Positions 9,622 through 19,429 of a stretch of DNA of 64,000 bases are shown here, piece by piece (within the stretch, counting starts at the first letter, position 1; the number at the start of each line of letters is the position of its first letter). The translations under genes and the position numbers were made by a program. This DNA comes from Candidatus Eiseniibacteriota bacterium (GTDB lineage Bacteria > Eisenbacteria > RBG-16-71-46 > CAIMUX01): NCBI GenBank assembly GCA_903844735.1, contig CAIMUX010000121.1, positions 3,005-67,004 on the forward strand, in the 5' to 3' direction. The notes under the pieces were generated by a model, which worked only from the letters and a program-made list of their open reading frames with translations, had not been told where the DNA came from and searched no databases.

Positions 9622-9649
9622 CTATCGGCCGGCGGGCGACGGGACTTGC
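9622..9649 (-). promoter_or_regulatory. Putative sigma28 (FliA/SigD)-type promoter for the receiver-cheA pair
   Basis: Minus strand reads GCAAG-N15-GCCGATAG, close to the TAAA/TCAAG-N15-GCCGATAA consensus, 50 nt upstream of the start codon. Confidence 0.55.
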
Positions 9650-9679
9650 GGATTCCGGTCGGAAGTCGGGCGGTGACGA

Positions 9680-9780
9680 TTCAGGTAGTCAGAAGCGAGA
9701 AGTCAGAAGCCAGAAGTCCGAAGTCAGGAATCAGAATGAGGACACTCCTCGACGAGATTTGAGGAGTTGGGGGCGTGGCA
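9680..9780 (-). repeat. Dispersed ~100-bp intergenic element, copy 1 (hairpin core plus heptamer array)
   Basis: The reverse complement of 9731-9780 matches 23751-23800 at 45/50 positions, and both continue into TCTGAC(T)-type heptamer arrays. Confidence 0.9.
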
Positions 9781-9909
9781 AAAGACCCATCCGTATGCGC
9801 TTGGGGCCTACGGTTTGTCTCGGCAGTCCTCCGATCCGAAACGTATGGACTATCGTCTCGATCTCGGCCCGCTGTCATCGTGAATTCCTGCTCCTGAACG
9901 ACTCGATTC

Positions 9910-11673
9910 TCATCCAAGCCGCTCGGACGGCCGCCGAAGGCCATGCACCCGAACCCGGCTGTGAAGATGCTGTCGGCTGATGCCCAGATCCTTCGCGGCG
10001 CGCGTGATATTCCAGTTGTGGCGGCGAAGCACCGTTTCCAGCATCTCCCGCTCGAACTGGCCCGAAGCCTCCTGGAGCGTCCCCTCCGACGACGGCGGAA
10101 CATCCTCCGGTGTGAGGTCGGAGAGCTGCATCCTAAGCTGCGCCTCGTCAACTTGCTTGCCATCGGGAACCAGGGCACAAGCCCCTTCGATAACGTACCG
10201 GAGTTGGCGGACATTCCCGGGCCACGAGTACGTGAGAAGTAACGTTCGCGCCCGATCGGTGAGGCCGTTGATGCGCCGGGGCGAGCGCCGGATCGCCTCC
10301 GCCAGGAAGTGATCCACGAGGAGCGGGAGGTCTTCGCGTCGATCACGCAGCGGAGGCAGCTCGAGACGGATGCCGGCCAAGCGGAAATACAGGTCTTCGC
10401 GGAACGACCGGTCCTTCACCATCGCCCGGACATCGGCATTCGTGGCGGAGACAACCCGCACATCGGCCCGGCGGGTCTCGCTTTCCCCCACCCGACGGAA
10501 TTCGCCGCTTTCCAGAAAGCGAAGCAGCTTCACCTGCATCTGGGGCGGCATGTCGCCTACCTCGTCGAGAAAGAAGGTGCCCCCGTCGGCCTGCTCCACC
10601 AGCCCCGGGTTGTCCTGCACTGCGCCGGTGAACGCCCCGCGGCGATGGCCGAAGACGAGGCTGTCGAGAAGCTCCGCGGGAAAGCCGGCGCAGTTGACAG
10701 GGACGAACGGTCCGCCCTTGCGCAGCCCCTCGGTGTGGAGCGCTCGTGCCACCAGATCCTTGCCGGTACCGCTCTCGCCGAGAAGCAGGACCGGGATGTC
10801 GGTGTCCTTCAGCAGCCGGATCCGATCAAAGAGCGTGGTCATCGCCGGGCTGCGACCGAGCATACGCGCGAAGCCGGTCCCGGCCTGCGCCTCCGCCCGC
10901 AGGGTCTCGTTCTCGCGGGTCAGCAATAGGTGCGCTTCCTCCAGCCGACGCAGCTCACGCGCGTTCATCAGGCAGACAGCAGCCTGCGAGGCAAACGCCT
11001 CCAGGAATGGGATCTCCTGTGGGGTGCTTCGCAGGCCGGGTACCGAGCTGTCGAGGTAGAGCACGCCGCGGGGCGCACCATGCTCGCGGAGCGGCACGCA
11101 CACGGCCGCGTAGGTGTCCAGGGCCCGAATGGAGCGCGCCTCACGCAGCTCGGGAAGAAAGGCCGTGTTCTCCACCGGGATGACGCGGTTCTCGCGCAGG
11201 CACGCGCGGGCCAACGTCTCGGAAACGGTCGAGGCCTCCGGCGCCAATACTTCCCGGGCCGCCCCCCGCGCCTGCACTACCCGAAGGTGACCATGGTCCT
11301 CCACCAGAAGAAGGCCGCGTTCCGCGCCGCTGAGCACGACCGCGCCGTCGAGAACCGCCTCCAACAGCCGGTCCGGGTCTAGGATGGAAGAGAGCTCGCG
11401 CGAGATTTCCAGCAGTCGCCAGAGCCCCTGGCGCTCTCTCTCCAAAGCGGCCGCGACCTCGGCCTCTTCGGCCCGCGCCTGGGCGAGAAGCCCTCGTTCT
11501 TGCGGAGAGACTCCGACGCGGCGCTGCAGGAGGGCCGCCGGGCCGGTCGGCGGCGACGCCATTTCCGGCGACGCGATCTTCGGCGGCGATGCGACTTCCG
11601 GCAAAGGACGAGGAACGGAGACCGGTGGCGGCGTCACGTTGTCGCTACTGCTCTCGAACTCATGGAATCCCAC
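9910..11673 (-). CDS. Sigma54-dependent transcriptional activator (GAF + AAA+ + Fis-type HTH)
   Basis: GAF region (AAVCVPL..GVLYLDS), Walker A GESGTGKD, GAFTGA, FFLDEVG, WPGNVRQL and HTH NITRAAKDLGISR. Confidence 0.94.
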   Translation of the reverse strand: MGFHEFESSSDNVTPPPVSVPRPLPEVASPPKIASPEMASPPTGPAALLQRRVGVSPQERGLLAQARAEEAEVAAALERERQGLWRLLEISRELSSILDPDRLLEAVLDGAVVLSGAERGLLLVEDHGHLRVVQARGAAREVLAPEASTVSETLARACLRENRVIPVENTAFLPELREARSIRALDTYAAVCVPLREHGAPRGVLYLDSSVPGLRSTPQEIPFLEAFASQAAVCLMNARELRRLEEAHLLLTRENETLRAEAQAGTGFARMLGRSPAMTTLFDRIRLLKDTDIPVLLLGESGTGKDLVARALHTEGLRKGGPFVPVNCAGFPAELLDSLVFGHRRGAFTGAVQDNPGLVEQADGGTFFLDEVGDMPPQMQVKLLRFLESGEFRRVGESETRRADVRVVSATNADVRAMVKDRSFREDLYFRLAGIRLELPPLRDRREDLPLLVDHFLAEAIRRSPRRINGLTDRARTLLLTYSWPGNVRQLRYVIEGACALVPDGKQVDEAQLRMQLSDLTPEDVPPSSEGTLQEASGQFEREMLETVLRRHNWNITRAAKDLGISRQHLHSRVRVHGLRRPSERLG

Positions 11674-11687
11674 GATCCGTTCTCCTC

Positions 11688-13457
11688 TCAGTGGACGAGG
11701 GTGATTCGCGCCGTGCGCGGTGTCTTCGATCCGTCGACGCGAACCAGATAGACTCCGGCGCCCGCGGAACGACCGTCGTCGTCTCGGCCATCCCAGGCGA
11801 GGCCTATCCCCGACGCACCGTCGGCGCGGTGGAGAACCCGCACGAGGCGTCCCTCAGAGCTGAAGATCATGGCGCGCGGCGCCGTGGCTGCGAGGCCTGA
11901 GAACTGCACCATGCTCCCGATGCGCGCCGGGTTCGGAACCACGCTCAGCGCGAGCGGATCTCCCGCCGCCGCGACCGGTGGCGTCGCCGCCGGCGCGAGA
12001 CGATTACGGAAGACGTACTCGCCGATGGCCGAGTCCCAGTTGCTGACCGCCAGGTCCAGGGCGAGCGAGCCCGTGTAGTGAACGGTGAGGGGCACGCCGG
12101 GCCCCGGCGGATTTCCGATGGTGAGCCAACCCTGCTCCCCACTAGAAGAGAACTGCGAGTGGCCGAGCGGCACCCCATCCACCTCCACCGACTGCACGCG
12201 GACCGGGCGGCGCGGCAGCGTGAACAGACGCCGCGTCCCGTCCCCCGTGAAGAGCGCTGTGAGGTCCGGCTGCAGGCCGTCGTTGTCCACGTCCTCCCAG
12301 GCGATGTTCTCGATGACGCTGTTGGTGGTCGATTGCCAGGCCGGAACGGTCGGGAGGACGCCCGCCTGGTTCTCGTAGATTCGCACAGTGCCCCACCAGG
12401 AACCGGCGGCGAGGTCCAAGTCCCCGTCAGCGTCCGCATCACCGAAGGAAACATGCGAGCCGTATCCGTCGAAGGCGGAGGTCCAGACCGGGATCGCGCC
12501 CAGGGCTCCGGCGCCATTGTTCAGGAAGAGCTTGACCCGCCCGTTCCCTACTCCACCGATGACTTGATTGTTGTCCGCCACGGCGAGGTCGAGCCCGCCG
12601 TCGCCGTTCAGATCTCCGAGGCAAAGTGTGTTGCCGTAGTCGTGCCCGTCCTGACTCCGCCACGCCGGCGTGTCTTGCAGGGTCGTGCCGGTCCCGAGGT
12701 AGACTTCGTTCGGCTCCGCGGGCAGGCCGCTCCCGCTGCTAGCCCCCGCGAAAGCCAGATCGAGGATGCCGTCCCCGTTGACGTCGCCCCAGGTGACATC
12801 GAGCCCGGCGTGGTTGTCGGCCGACTGCCAGTAGGGCATCGTATCGAGCGTGCCGCCGACATTGCGAAAGACCCGGTACCTCTCTAGGATGTGGTTGTAC
12901 GGCTCACCCGCCGCGCAGGCGAGATCAGGGCGCCCATCCATGTTGACGTCGCCGAACGCCACCGAAAAACAGTAGAAGCTCGTCGAGCAGGTACAGATCG
13001 GGTTGGCGCTGAAGGTGCCGTCACCATTGCCCCGATAAAGCTTCACCTTCCCCGGCGTGCTGAAACCTCCGGCGCCGACGTAGACCGCCACGGCGCAGTC
13101 GAGCATGCCGTCACCATCGACATCCGCGAGGTCGAGATGCCCGTGGTAGTCGATGTCGCTGGAGGTCCAGGTGGGCGTGGCGGGAAAACTCCCCCCGAGA
13201 TTGCGGAAGACGACCAGCGGTTGGCGGGCCATGTCGTTCCCGTTGGCCACGACCAGATCGGGCAGATTGTCGCCGTCGAGATCCCGCAGCGCGCAACCGG
13301 TGCCATAGCGACTTAGCGGCGTGCCCTGCCAGTCGGGCTGGGCGGGGAATTGGATCGCCGCGGTCGCGGTCGTCCCACTCCAGACCAGAAGGAGAAACAC
13401 CAGGAAGCACGGGCGAGAAAAACGGGGACAAGGCGGTTGACCGCATTCCTGCGGCAT
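11688..13457 (-). CDS. Secreted FG-GAP/VCBS repeat protein with C-terminal FlgD-Ig (T9SS-like) domain
   Basis: Signal peptide; about 7 DxDGDGxxDL repeats; C-terminal VVPNP...GRLVRVL...WDGRDDDGR...GVYLVRV. Confidence 0.88.
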   Translation of the reverse strand: MPQECGQPPCPRFSRPCFLVFLLLVWSGTTATAAIQFPAQPDWQGTPLSRYGTGCALRDLDGDNLPDLVVANGNDMARQPLVVFRNLGGSFPATPTWTSSDIDYHGHLDLADVDGDGMLDCAVAVYVGAGGFSTPGKVKLYRGNGDGTFSANPICTCSTSFYCFSVAFGDVNMDGRPDLACAAGEPYNHILERYRVFRNVGGTLDTMPYWQSADNHAGLDVTWGDVNGDGILDLAFAGASSGSGLPAEPNEVYLGTGTTLQDTPAWRSQDGHDYGNTLCLGDLNGDGGLDLAVADNNQVIGGVGNGRVKLFLNNGAGALGAIPVWTSAFDGYGSHVSFGDADADGDLDLAAGSWWGTVRIYENQAGVLPTVPAWQSTTNSVIENIAWEDVDNDGLQPDLTALFTGDGTRRLFTLPRRPVRVQSVEVDGVPLGHSQFSSSGEQGWLTIGNPPGPGVPLTVHYTGSLALDLAVSNWDSAIGEYVFRNRLAPAATPPVAAAGDPLALSVVPNPARIGSMVQFSGLAATAPRAMIFSSEGRLVRVLHRADGASGIGLAWDGRDDDGRSAGAGVYLVRVDGSKTPRTARITLVH

Positions 13458-13566
13458 GAAGCTCCCTCCCGGGTGGCGTCCGCCTCACGACGGTCGCAGG
13501 GAAACGTGGGGTGACACCGAATCAGGATAGCAATCCCAGGCAGACACCGTCAACTTCTGGTTACAT

Positions 13567-13591
13567 CCCTGAGACTCGGAGTACGGAACGA
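13567..13591. repeat. 25-bp dispersed intergenic motif, copy 1
   Basis: CCCTGAGACTCGGAGTACGGAACGA, 24/25 identical to 19153-19177. Confidence 0.85.
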
Positions 13592-13602
13592 CTTCCCATC
13601 CT

Positions 13603-14322
13603 TCAATCCGCAAAGTGGTACCGGAGAATACAGGCAACCGCGTTCACCCCGTCCCGCCAGCCGATCTTCTTCCCGTCCGCGTACGTCCGGCCGTAGTAGG
13701 AGATCGACGTTTCGTAGATGCGCACGCGGCGGCGGGCCAGCTTGGCCGTGACCTCGGGCTCGAAACCAAAGCGGTTTGAGCGCAGGGGTATCGACTGGAT
13801 GATTTCGCGACGGAACGCCTTGTAGCAGGTCTCCATGTCGGTCAGGTTCAGGTTGGTACACATGTTGGAGAACGTGGTCAGGAACTTGTTGCCGAGATAG
13901 TGCCAGTACATGTGGACCCGGTGGGGTCCGGCCAGGAAGCGGGATCCGTAGACGGCATCCGCCTCGCCTTTCTCTATCGGCCCCACCAGGCACCCGTACT
14001 CGCCTGGGTCGTACTCGAGGTCGGCATCCTGGATCAGCACGACGTCATTGCGGGCCTGGCCGATGGCGGTGCGGATGGCCGCCCCCTTCCCCTGGTTCTT
14101 CTCGTGGAAGAAAACCCGGACCTGAGGGTGGGAATAGTCTCGCAGAAACTCGCGGGTGCCATCGGTGGAACAGTCGTCGACGACGAGGAGTTCTTTCTCG
14201 AACGGCACGGTGAGCACGCGGCGCAGGATCTCTTCGATCGTTCGGCGCTCATTGTAGACCGGGATCACTACCGACAGTGAGACGGGCACCACATCCTCCT
14301 GGTCAAGAACCTCGATCTGCAA
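13603..14322 (-). CDS. GT2 glycosyltransferase (polyprenol-phosphate glycosyltransferase-like)
   Basis: [33 protein letters not shown] and DMETCYK. Confidence 0.93.
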   Translation of the reverse strand: MQIEVLDQEDVVPVSLSVVIPVYNERRTIEEILRRVLTVPFEKELLVVDDCSTDGTREFLRDYSHPQVRVFFHEKNQGKGAAIRTAIGQARNDVVLIQDADLEYDPGEYGCLVGPIEKGEADAVYGSRFLAGPHRVHMYWHYLGNKFLTTFSNMCTNLNLTDMETCYKAFRREIIQSIPLRSNRFGFEPEVTAKLARRRVRIYETSISYYGRTYADGKKIGWRDGVNAVACILRYHFAD

Positions 14323-14445
14323 CCTCGGATCGATACCGCAAGGACTACGCAGGGAGACTCGAGTCTTCCGTCACGGCCGCTGAGGGCGCGTCGTTGCCCG
14401 TTGACCGCACGACTCCTAGCGTGCGCTCAGCCTACCAGCGGGTGA

Positions 14446-15744
14446 TCACCCTGGCCAACCCAGTTCCCCATAGGCGGCGAGAATCCCCTTCACGGTCGCC
14501 GATTCATCGTAGTCGGCGAGCCGCGTCGCCGCCGCCACTCGCCACTCCGCACGCGCCTCCGGAACGCCGAGAAGTCGGCGCGCCGCCGCGCCCCAGGTTT
14601 CCAGCGACCAGGGCAGACAGCCCGCCGCCAGACACCCGGTCAGCACCCCCGGCACCCCGCCCACCGGCGTGGCGAGGACCGGAGTTCCTTCCGCCATCGA
14701 CTCGAGCAAGGCGTAGGGCAACCCCTCCCACCGCGACGGCAGCAGCAGGAGGTCGGCGGCCGCGAGTACGGGCCCGGGGTCTTCGATTTCGCCGGTCCAG
14801 AGAATCGATCCGCCGAGCCCCATCCTTTCTTCGGCTGCGCGTAGCTCCGGCTCCAGCGAACCCGCGCCACAGATCACTGCGCGAAGGGCGGGTGCCGCGG
14901 AAATCGCGGTGCCCGTGGCACCCGAAGCTGGTTCGCCTCGCAGGCTCTGCAACAACTCCAGCACGCGCAGCGGCGCCTTCTGCACCGCCAGTCTGCCGAC
15001 AAACGCGAGGATCGGCTCATCCGGAGTGAATCCGAGTGCTGACCGCGCTGCCTGCCGCCGTTCGGGGGTTCCGGCTCCGGGAGGGATCGTGATGCCGTTG
15101 GACACGACGCGCAGGAGCCGCATGGGTAGTCTGGCCACGTGCTCCATCCACGCAGCGTCGGCCTCGCAGACGCAAAGGGTCCGATGCGCGAGGCGAGACT
15201 TGACACCTTCCCATCGGCGCAATGAGGGAAAGCGAGTGTAGGGCGGCCGCAGCCGCTCGGGGATGCCGTGGCGGGTGTCGACGATGATGGGCACCCGCGC
15301 GAGGCGCGCTGCCAAGCTCGGGAGTCGCCCGGCGTGGGCATGCATCAGAATCGGGCGGTGCTCGCGGAAGAGTCGGACGAGCCCCGCCACATAGCGACGA
15401 CTGTCCAGGCGCGGACGGTGATACCACGCAGCGCCGAGCGCCACCGCGTCGTCGGCCAGCGGTCCCGGCTGGGAGGTTACAAGAAGGACAGGGGTGCCGT
15501 ATGCCCGCAATCCGCGGAGAAGCCCGAGAACATGCCGCTCGGTGCCGGCACGTCCGGCGCCGTCGAGCACCAGCGCCACGGTCCCATCACCCTCGCGGGC
15601 GATGCCCGCTCGCCCATCGCCGCCGAGCACGAACGTCGCGGCTTCCCCACCCGGGCGGGTCGAACCGGCCTCGAAGCGGGTAGAGCCAGCCTCGCGACGG
15701 CCCATGCCGACCGCGTACATCGCGTGCCGGGATTCGCCGCTCAT
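14446..15744 (-). CDS. GT4 (GT-B fold) glycosyltransferase
   Basis: AGTERH, FVGRLAVQKA and LLPSRWEGLPYALLESMA (EX7E). Start taken at ATG 15744. Confidence 0.9.
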   Translation of the reverse strand: MSGESRHAMYAVGMGRREAGSTRFEAGSTRPGGEAATFVLGGDGRAGIAREGDGTVALVLDGAGRAGTERHVLGLLRGLRAYGTPVLLVTSQPGPLADDAVALGAAWYHRPRLDSRRYVAGLVRLFREHRPILMHAHAGRLPSLAARLARVPIIVDTRHGIPERLRPPYTRFPSLRRWEGVKSRLAHRTLCVCEADAAWMEHVARLPMRLLRVVSNGITIPPGAGTPERRQAARSALGFTPDEPILAFVGRLAVQKAPLRVLELLQSLRGEPASGATGTAISAAPALRAVICGAGSLEPELRAAEERMGLGGSILWTGEIEDPGPVLAAADLLLLPSRWEGLPYALLESMAEGTPVLATPVGGVPGVLTGCLAAGCLPWSLETWGAAARRLLGVPEARAEWRVAAATRLADYDESATVKGILAAYGELGWPG

Positions 15745-15763
15745 TCGAGCCTCCCCCGCTTCC

Positions 15764-16696
15764 TCAGAATGAGAACGGCACCGGGGTGAAGGTAACGATG
15801 AAGACCACCATGGCGAAGATGCCGAGGGCACGCCGTCGTCGGTCGAGCGGGATCTCGTCGTCGTAGGCGGGTGGGTGGCCACGGCGCGCGAAGAGCAGCA
15901 GCAGTGCTGCGAGGACGAACCACTCGTGATGGAACATCGCGAGGACGATCACGCCCACCAGCGCCGACCAGGTAATGAGCCTGGCGCGGCGGCCGAACAG
16001 CCCATAGAGAACATGTCCGCCGTCGAGCTGTCCCACCGGGAGCAAGTTGAGTGATGTAAGAAACAACCCGGCCCAACCCGCGTACCCTACCGGATGCAGC
16101 AACACCTCCATTCCGGTCGCCTGGTGCGGATGGATCAGTGCCTCGAGCCCGAAAAGCGCCAGCGAGCTGCCAAGGTTGATCTGCCCGGTATCGGGCAAAG
16201 GGGTCGGCACCAGCGTGGAGTGCGCCAGACCGTAGGCCAGCGCAATGATCGAAGGCACGAGACCCGCCAGAGGCCCGGCGATGCCGATGTCAAAGACCGC
16301 CTTGCGGCTGGCGATCCGTTGACGCATCAGGATCAGAGCCCCGAGAGTCCCGAAAGGGGACGCCAAGACGGGCACATGGGAAAACGGCAACCTCAGCGGG
16401 AAGAACGGAATGAAAAACGGGAGCGTCGAACGCACCCGATAGCGACGGCACATGAAGTAGTGCCCAAGTTCGTGGGAGAGGAGAATCACCATCACGGTCG
16501 CGGCGTAGGCCGAACCGTTGGTGAGCGCCGTGGAAAAGGCGGTGGCGACGAAGAGCCCCACGCAGAGCGCCACCTGCGTGGGCGGGTGCCAGGGACGCGG
16601 CTGAGGCGGTCCGAGGAACGGCCGGTAGGGACCGTACCACCTCGGGACCGCCTCCGGCCGTTCCTCGCGCTCAGGATCGGGCGGGAGTGACTCCAT
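15764..16696 (-). CDS. Site-2 protease (M50 family intramembrane metalloprotease)
   Basis: HELGH, IGIAGP and LNLLPVGQLDGGH; multiple TM segments. Confidence 0.94.
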   Translation of the reverse strand: MESLPPDPEREERPEAVPRWYGPYRPFLGPPQPRPWHPPTQVALCVGLFVATAFSTALTNGSAYAATVMVILLSHELGHYFMCRRYRVRSTLPFFIPFFPLRLPFSHVPVLASPFGTLGALILMRQRIASRKAVFDIGIAGPLAGLVPSIIALAYGLAHSTLVPTPLPDTGQINLGSSLALFGLEALIHPHQATGMEVLLHPVGYAGWAGLFLTSLNLLPVGQLDGGHVLYGLFGRRARLITWSALVGVIVLAMFHHEWFVLAALLLLFARRGHPPAYDDEIPLDRRRRALGIFAMVVFIVTFTPVPFSF

Positions 16697-16729
16697 GCCG
16701 ATTCCGGGTCGATCCGGCGGCCGTGCCGC

Positions 16730-19000
16730 TCACCGACCCTTCGCGTCCTCCAGCATGCCGGCCTCGACCACGGCGAAGGCCGTCATGTTCAAGATGTCAT
16801 TCATTTCTGACTGCGGCTGGAGCACGTGCACCGGTTTCGCCATCCCCTGGAGGATGGGTCCGATCTGCTCCGCTCCGCCCAGCCGCTGCACGAGTTTGTA
16901 AGCGGCGTTGGCCGCCTCAAGCACCGTGAAGATGAGGACATTCGCCGTCCCCCCCGCGAGCTTGCTGAAGGGAAACAGGCTGGAGAGGAGCCCGGGGACC
17001 ACGGCGGTATCGGCATGCACCGGCCCGTCGACGACCAAGTCCGGCTCTTCCTTCGCGAGGATGCGCAGCGCCTCCTCCACTTCCGCGATCCCCGGCCCAC
17101 GGGCGGTCCCGAAGTTGGAGTAAGAGATGAACGCCACCCGCGGGATGACGCCGAATTCACGCGCCGTCTGCGCCGTCTGCCGCGCGATCTCGGCCAGGGC
17201 CCGGCCATCCGGCCGGATGTTGACGGTTGTATCGGCGAAGAAGTACATCTGGTCACGTGTGAGCATGACGTGGACGCCGCTGACCCGGCTCGCCCCCGAC
17301 TTGAGTCCAACGATCTGCACGCAAGGACGGATCGTCTCGGGAAGTCTCTGGGCGATCCCGGCGATCATGCCATCGGCGTCTCCCAGCCGCACCATCATCG
17401 CACCGAATTCGTTCGCCGAACGCATGGCGATCCGCGCGCCATCCAGGGTCTCCCCCTTGCGCTGCCGCAGGCGGTAGTACTCCTGGACATAGGCATCGAA
17501 CCGCGGGTCGTGCTCCGGATCGATGATCACGGTGTCGCCGAGGTCGAGATCGAGCTCGCGGCACTCCTGTTCGATCACCTCACGGCGTCCGATGAGGATC
17601 GGATGGGCCATCTTCTCCTCGCGCACCATGGCGGTGGCGCGGAGGATGCGGCGGTTCTCCCCCTCGGGGTAGACGATCCGCTTGGGTGCGCTGCGCGCCT
17701 TGTGGATGATCGTGCGCATGACCCCGCGGGTCTTCCCGAGCAGACTCTCCAGCTGGTCGCGGTACTCGTCGAGATCAAGCGGCTTCTGCGCCACCCCGGT
17801 TTCCATGGCTGCGCGCGCCACGGCCAAGGCCTCCCAGACCAACACGCGCGAATCGAACGGCTTGGGGATCAGGTACTCGCGGCCGAAGTGGAAATATTGG
17901 TCGCCATACGCTTTGCTGACCGAGTCGGGCACATCCTGCTTGGCCAGCTCCGCGAGGGCGCGGGTGGCCGCCATCTTCATCGCTTCGTTGATGGTGGTGG
18001 CGCGGCAATCCAGCGCTCCGCGGAAGATGAAGGGGAAGCCGAGAACGTTGTTGACCTGGTTCGGGTAGTCGGACCGCCCGGTGGCCATGATGACGTCCTT
18101 GCGAGCGGCCACCGCATCCGGGTAGGTGATCTCAGGATCCGGGTTGGCCATCGCGAAAACGATCGGGTTCGCGTTCATGTGCTTCAACCACTCGGGCTTC
18201 AACAACCCCTTCCCGGAGAGGCCGAGGAAGACGTCGGCTCCCTTCAGCGCGTCCTCCAGCGTGCGCGCCGAGGTCTCGCGGGCGAACTGCTCCTTGTAGG
18301 GGTTCATCCCTTCGGTGCGGCCTTTGTAGATCACGCCTTTCGTGTCGAGCATGAGAATGTTCTCGAGCCGGATCCCGAGGCTGATGTAGTGCTTGGAGCA
18401 GGCAATGCCGGAGGCGCCGGCGCCGGAAACCACAACTCTCGTATCTGACGCTTTGCGCCCAGTCAGTTCGAGAGCGTTGATGAGCGCGGCCCCCGAAATG
18501 ATGGCCGTGCCGTGCTGGTCATCGTGGAAAACCGGGATCTTCATCGTGCGCTTCAGCTCTTCCTCAATGATGAAGCATTCGGGCGCTTTGATGTCCTCGA
18601 GATTGATCCCACCAAAGGTGGGTTCCAGAAGCTGGCAGGTGCGGATGATCTCCTGCGGGTCCAGGCTGTCGATCTCGATGTCGAAGACATCAATGTCGGC
18701 AAAGCGCTTGAAGAGGACCCCCTTCCCCTCCATCACCGGCTTGCCGGCCAGAGCGCCGAGGTTGCCTAGCCCCAGCACGGCGGTACCGTTGCTGATCACC
18801 GCTACGAGGTTTCCGCGCGCGGTGTACTCGAAGGCCAGGTCAGGGTCCTTCTCGATCTCGAGACACGGTTCCGCCACCCCCGGGGTGTAGGCCAGCGAGA
18901 GATCCCTCTGCGTCAAGCACGGCTTGGTCGAGTTCACCTCGATCTTTCCCTTACGCCCTCGGCTGTGGTACTCCAGTGCGTCGCTCAATTTCTTCGTCAT
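16730..19000 (-). CDS. maeB: NADP-dependent malic enzyme with C-terminal PTA-like domain (catalytic residues intact)
   Basis: AYTPGV, KPVMEGK, GINLEDI, FHDDQHGT, GAGASG and GRSDYPNQVNN; AGGAGG RBS. Confidence 0.97.
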   Translation of the reverse strand: MTKKLSDALEYHSRGRKGKIEVNSTKPCLTQRDLSLAYTPGVAEPCLEIEKDPDLAFEYTARGNLVAVISNGTAVLGLGNLGALAGKPVMEGKGVLFKRFADIDVFDIEIDSLDPQEIIRTCQLLEPTFGGINLEDIKAPECFIIEEELKRTMKIPVFHDDQHGTAIISGAALINALELTGRKASDTRVVVSGAGASGIACSKHYISLGIRLENILMLDTKGVIYKGRTEGMNPYKEQFARETSARTLEDALKGADVFLGLSGKGLLKPEWLKHMNANPIVFAMANPDPEITYPDAVAARKDVIMATGRSDYPNQVNNVLGFPFIFRGALDCRATTINEAMKMAATRALAELAKQDVPDSVSKAYGDQYFHFGREYLIPKPFDSRVLVWEALAVARAAMETGVAQKPLDLDEYRDQLESLLGKTRGVMRTIIHKARSAPKRIVYPEGENRRILRATAMVREEKMAHPILIGRREVIEQECRELDLDLGDTVIIDPEHDPRFDAYVQEYYRLRQRKGETLDGARIAMRSANEFGAMMVRLGDADGMIAGIAQRLPETIRPCVQIVGLKSGASRVSGVHVMLTRDQMYFFADTTVNIRPDGRALAEIARQTAQTAREFGVIPRVAFISYSNFGTARGPGIAEVEEALRILAKEEPDLVVDGPVHADTAVVPGLLSSLFPFSKLAGGTANVLIFTVLEAANAAYKLVQRLGGAEQIGPILQGMAKPVHVLQPQSEMNDILNMTAFAVVEAGMLEDAKGR

Positions 19001-19047
19001 GATTCCTCCTCCTCCCGTGGCCCCGGCGGGCCCCCGGGACCCGCTCT

Positions 19048-19089
19048 ACCCGCGGCCCGCTACCCGTAGCCCGCCACCCGCGACTGCGA
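19048..19089. repeat. Heptamer array (RCCCGCN-type) in the maeB leader
   Basis: acccgcg-gcccgct-acccgta-gcccgcc-acccgcg-actgcga. Confidence 0.6.
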
Positions 19090-19152
19090 CCGTCCAGAGC
19101 CGCAACTGGCAGTCTGCGGCCGCGACCGCGGGAAGACAAACGGAATCCGCTC

Positions 19153-19177
19153 CCCTGAGACTCGGAGTAAGGAACGA
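19153..19177. repeat. 25-bp dispersed intergenic motif, copy 2
   Basis: CCCTGAGACTCGGAGTAAGGAACGA, 24/25 identical to 13567-13591. Confidence 0.85.
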
Positions 19178-19185
19178 ATACGGCT

Positions 19186-19340
19186 GGCTTCGGGCTTCGG
19201 GCTTCGGACTTCACGCTTCGGGCCTGAAAGCGTCGAGCCGTCTCGGCATGCCACGAATCAACTCGCCGTACCGGGCCACGGGTTCGGCGTGGTCCCCCGC
19301 ACTCATGGTCTGCCGTCCCGAAGCCTGAACTCCAAAGCCT
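19186..19340. repeat. Element bounded by inverted heptamer arrays
   Basis: Left arm (ggcttcg)x3-gacttca-cgcttcg-ggcctga at 19186-19227; right arm cccgaag-cctgaac-tccaaag-cct at 19317-19340, in the reverse-complement orientation. Confidence 0.7.
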
Positions 19341-19429
19341 TCCGCACGGCGTGTATACTCGGCGGACGCCCCCCGGTACCGAGGCGCGCGGGACAGGCCC
19401 GCGCGGCCCGTGTGCGGAAAGGAGTTCCC

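Noticed and set aside
9780-9905. Possible c-di-GMP riboswitch or small ORF upstream of the receiver-cheA pair
   Set aside because: Some pairing is possible, but the GEMM consensus (GGCAAACC...GAAA...GGGACGCAAAGC) is not matched, and the ORFs here lack coding features.
16826-18448. Long antisense ORFs here and at 2291-3529, 7178-8491, 30408-32165, 58819-60252 and 61491-63260
   Set aside because: Each lies opposite a well-supported gene and has no recognisable motifs.
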